In this document: one piece after another, positions 19,027 through 22,493 of the stretch
How positions within the stretch are numbered: position 1 is the first letter of the stretch
How the letters are laid out: each line of letters opens with the position of its first letter
NCBI RefSeq assembly: GCF_000485595.1
Contig: NW_014577073.1
Coordinates: forward strand, 363,111-385,603
Direction of reading: 5' to 3'
Source: Priapulus caudatus
Lineage: Eukaryota
DNA: 22,493 bases
Made by a program: the position numbers and the translations under genes
The notes under the pieces: generated by a model
Database searches by the model: none
What the model saw: the letters and a program-made list of their open reading frames with translations, nothing else
What the model was told of the DNA's origin: nothing

Positions 19027-19851
19027 AACAAGTGCCGCAGAGTGACAGCGCTCAACTGACGTGTACTGTAGCCGGCTATTCTTCTGATAAACTCACTGGC
19101 AACCGAATCCAGTGCGCCCTCCCGCCACCGCGTTGATAGGCTTTGCTATACCGGTAGTACAGTAATAAAGATATAGCTGTGTCGCTTTAATGACTTCGCT
19201 ATATTAACGTTATCATGGATATGCGTCGAGCGCGAGCGTAGTGGTGGTGGGGGGAGGGGCGGGTGAAGGGGGCTCTAATAGCAAAAGCAGTTCAGTCCTT
19301 TGTTAACAGTCAACAAATCCATGTTTAACCCTCCTCTTGGGGGTCAAAAGGTTATCAGACACTTACTCTTCGCACATCAGTGGAAAGCACATTTCATGGC
19401 CCTTTCAATAAAGCCATAAAAATGGTGGGTCACCGCTGAAACAGAAAAGTTTTCCAATCGCTCCGTCAGACCATGTCCTCAGAAAATGTCTAAAATCTGC
19501 CCTGTGCCCCATTGACCTTTGACCTCCAATTTCGGCACAGTGATGGCTTTTCCTACCATGATGCTATACACCGACTATCACGAGCCTAGGTCGAGCCATT
19601 TAGATTTGTACCGCAATTCTGCATTTCCTCCCTATACCTTAAGTTAAGGAGGGAATGTTCTTCTTTTACACGTCTTGACCTTTGACCCCCAGCTTCGACA
19701 TCCCAACTCGTTTTCGGATTACCCCCCACGTCCCGAATATCGTGACCGTACGTCGAGCGGTTAAGATTTGTGCCCAACTGTTGACGGACGCACGGACGGA
19801 CGCTCATGCGATTCTACAAGCTGCATCCGACTATGTCAGATGAGCTAAAAA
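19027..19851 (-). mobile_element. Helentron-associated non-autonomous element (HINE/DINE-1-like), copy B
   Basis: The minus strand begins tttttagctcatctgacatagtcggatgcagc, has cgtc repeats and a core homologous to 4891-5467, and ends gtcagttgagcgctgtcactctgcggcacttgtt, matching 6870-6903. Confidence 0.78.
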
Positions 19852-20538
19852 CGAATGATGCTGCAGTGTTATAAAGAAGGTTAAGTTTTTGGCCACCCTG
19901 GCATGTATCATAGATGCTGCCATCTACAAATATCATATCGATAATTTTATCCATTGTGTAGAAATAGAGTAGTCATCTAAAAAAGTCGTAGACTAGACGT
20001 AAATAAAAAAGTATTTGTTTCAACAGGAATACAATTTGAAGAGGCGTAAACTATAGTTTAGGGACTCTTGATAATATACAGTTACATGTGGACATTATGC
20101 TATGCTAATGCTCGGTTCTAGTTTTACACCTATTACACAATTTTAATGTGACGTGCCCAGCAAGTGTTCCCACCTCGTATACAAATGTTGATTGTACATA
20201 TGCACTTTGCCTTGCATTCTTCAAGGGCATGAATGTAGTAAAAGGTATCCAATCAAAATGTATTCACAATGTAAAAAGTGTTAAGCAAAAATATGACAAA
20301 TTCGTATTTCAGCAATGCACTTTTTGTTTGTAATTTTCGGTATTTGTTGCAAATGGTCGGATACATGTCAAATAAGTAAGAAAAAGGTCGTTGACTGGCA
20401 TCCTCAGCATGTCCTGTAACGTGCGCATGCATTGCGAATCGCTTCAAGTTGCCTTCCCTCTTAAAACGTCACTTGTTGTCTATCCGTGGCACCGAGTGCC
20501 TGGTGAGCCTTCTTCATTCGCCTTTTCATTTAATAACG

Positions 20539-20933
20539 TTAGTCTGTTACCAACCTCGGTGACAAAGTGGCGAATGTGAGGTACCCCGTATGTGCTGCCA
20601 TCTGCAGAGGAGGTACGCTTGCCTTAAAAAAAATGTCCCCCTTCGCCATTTTCGGTGTGCCGTGAGGCCCGTGATCCTCCCCAGCAGTCGTCGCCTCGCT
20701 TGATACGCTGTGTGCGTCACTCAGTTTCGGCTGCTTGTTCGGGGCGGGTTCCGAGCTGTCTTCGCACAGTGCGTCACCTAGGTCGAGAACGGCCGGCATG
20801 CAGACTCTACGCACGTCGAAGGTGCGCAGTAGGCACTCCATCGTACAGACCTCCGTGAAGTCGTGTTCCGTTAATGCGAGGCACGTTCGCTGCACTTGCT
20901 CGATGCACGGAGAGAAGGAGCATATGCGGCCAC
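20539..20933 (-). CDS. TRMT61A: TRMT61A terminal coding exon (GRICSFSPCIEQVQRTC...HTGYLTFATLSPRLVTD*)
   Basis: Minus-strand acceptor gttcgcag|; FSPCIEQV and HTGYLTFA motifs. Confidence 0.95.
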
Positions 20934-21417
20934 CTGCGAACACGGTTCACGTTGCAATTACGTTCGATTCATTCGCAAACAAAATTTAAAGCGTGAAATA
21001 AATTTTTTCGGACGTGAATCGTGTCTAAAACATGCAGGCTCCTCTCTGCAAATAAGGGTAACATGAAAGAACAAGCTCACGGCATTCCGATTAACACACC
21101 TAGCCACACGTAGAATATACATCTAACCATGCTGAAGTAACTATAAGCACCTAGCAGTTTAATCGCTTGCTTTGCAGATGCTATAGCTGTCCACGGCGCT
21201 GGAAGGTCGAGAAAAACGGCGTCGACTTCTAAGTTCAGTCCAAACCCAGCAGAGCAAACATCTCGGTGGCTAGCTGTGACTAGATCGGCAAAACCGTGAG
21301 ACTCAAACTCTTCCCTCGCCTTCTGCGCCCTCTGTTCGTGAAAGTCGAAGGTATTAAGGTGGCCGTTCGGTGCAATGGTTCGAAGAATGGCATGTGACAG
21401 AGATCCACTACCAGTAC
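20539..21417 (-). CDS. TRMT61A: tRNA (adenine(58)-N1)-methyltransferase catalytic subunit (Trm61/Gcd14 family), last two coding exons, 5'-partial
   Basis: complement(join(20539-20933,21151-21417)). SAM-binding GTGSGSLSHAILRTIAP, FDFHEQRA, DAVFLDLPAPW, GGRICSFSPCIEQVQRTC and HTGYLTFA motifs; phase-1 GT-AG intron 20934-21150; TAA at 20541-20539. The upstream PHRTQI-containing exon was not found in the window. Confidence 0.96.
21151..21417 (-). CDS. TRMT61A: TRMT61A internal coding exon (GTGSGSLSHA...DAVFLDLPAPW...AIKLL)
   Basis: Minus-strand acceptor cattccag| and donor |gtgctt; 267 nt, phase 1 at both ends. Confidence 0.95.
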
Positions 21418-22493
21418 CTGGAATGTGACATGTTTCAATCAGATTATTTAACCACAGTAGCAAGACGCAAAAAAATCCAACCTCGCATGAAAAATGAGTT
21501 GAGAATAATCTGAGAATTGGGAACAGAAAGGACTCATATCTGTTCTCAATTTCAATTTTGTACGGTAGTTGCTACAGAGGCTTCCATTTAACCAGGCCTC
21601 GTATTTCACCATGGCACCAACAGCAAGTGCCATGATTGCACTGCCTACATGTTGCGGTGCCCCTGGAAATTGCACGACTAGCTTTGCCTCTGTGTCCTTA
21701 TAAAGTACATTTTGAATATGCATCCTTAGGGGCAGTGTGTTAGGTCTTACAAAATAATCTACCTAATAAACTATGCCACTTGTTGACCACCGACAAACTT
21801 AATTTCCTGCAGAAGTGGTAAGGCTTTAACATTTTTACAATTGGGTGAAAAATGGATGAACTTAGTATTTTTACTCAATAATTTCACACGTATGTGCAAA
21901 TTGCAGAGTTTTCAGCCATAATTCTACCAGATATAATTGTTAAGCGATGTGATCTACATGGCCGATATCTCATTAATGAATAAATTAGCTATTAGGTATG
22001 AGGTTATTGCATAAAAAATACTATTACTAAGTTAACACATTTTTGATGCAACTATTTTACTCTACAGCGGGGGTTACACTATAGATTTTTGTCAGCAAAT
22101 TGTACCGATTTCAAGTGCATTCCAACTTTGCCCCCGACTTGACCTGATAGAAGTTGGTGTTGAGTTTCTGTTCACACTATCGATTTTTGTCAGCAAAGCA
22201 TACGCGTGTGGTGATGGATTCTTCGTGCCAAGTATAGCGCATGTGCCGGCAATAGCAGAAATGCGCGCATAAATACTTCACTGGACTCAATCGTACAATG
22301 GACGCAGTGCTGCTTGTGCTCGTCACTGCTTTGCTTATTAAAGGCTCACAATGCGCATCCAAACGCTAATTTCTCCAGTACTAGACTAGCAAATACTTCG
22401 TGTCATGCATAATCATACTACCTTATGGCAAAATAAACTCTAGTTCCTCCCATTTCACTGCGCGTGACGTCACATGCGACGTCACATGCGACG

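Noticed and set aside
20630..20790. Long acidic/Pro-rich insert in the TRMT61A C-terminal region
   Set aside because: It falls in the length-variable loop before the HTGYL motif in eukaryotic Trm61 proteins, so it is not unusual.
20539..21417. Functional linkage between NADSYN1 and TRMT61A
   Set aside because: Tail-to-tail adjacency of eukaryotic housekeeping genes does not imply a shared pathway, and no synteny evidence is available here.
21448..21723. 91-aa minus-strand ORF as an upstream TRMT61A exon
   Set aside because: It lacks the conserved N-terminal motifs (e.g. PELWT..LPHRTQI) and ends in a stop before the 21417 acceptor.

Overview
Eukaryotic genomic DNA, most likely from an invertebrate animal (AT-rich introns, GT-AG splicing, microsatellites, many non-autonomous DNA transposons); the species cannot be identified from the sequence. 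The + strand carries glutamine-dependent NAD+ synthetase (NADSYN1). I reconstructed 18 phase-consistent coding exons between 1893 and 16497; the first coding exon appears to lie upstream of the window. The - strand carries the last two coding exons of the tRNA m1A58 methyltransferase catalytic subunit TRMT61A (21417-20539), convergent with NADSYN1. Most notable: (1) the best-supported last NADSYN1 exon encodes a ~221-aa low-complexity tail, versus ~16 aa in human, containing an RVxF PP1-docking consensus and an LPxY motif; (2) a ~770-bp near-perfect foldback element between the two 3' ends, whose arms hold the first canonical AATAAA downstream of each gene; (3) two inverted copies of a Helentron-associated (HINE/DINE-1-like) element with different internal cargo; (4) a duplicated intron-exon junction whose upstream copy has lost its AG; (5) an intronic 14-bp minisatellite with two higher-order periods. 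No prokaryotic system, CRISPR array, tRNA or rRNA gene was found.
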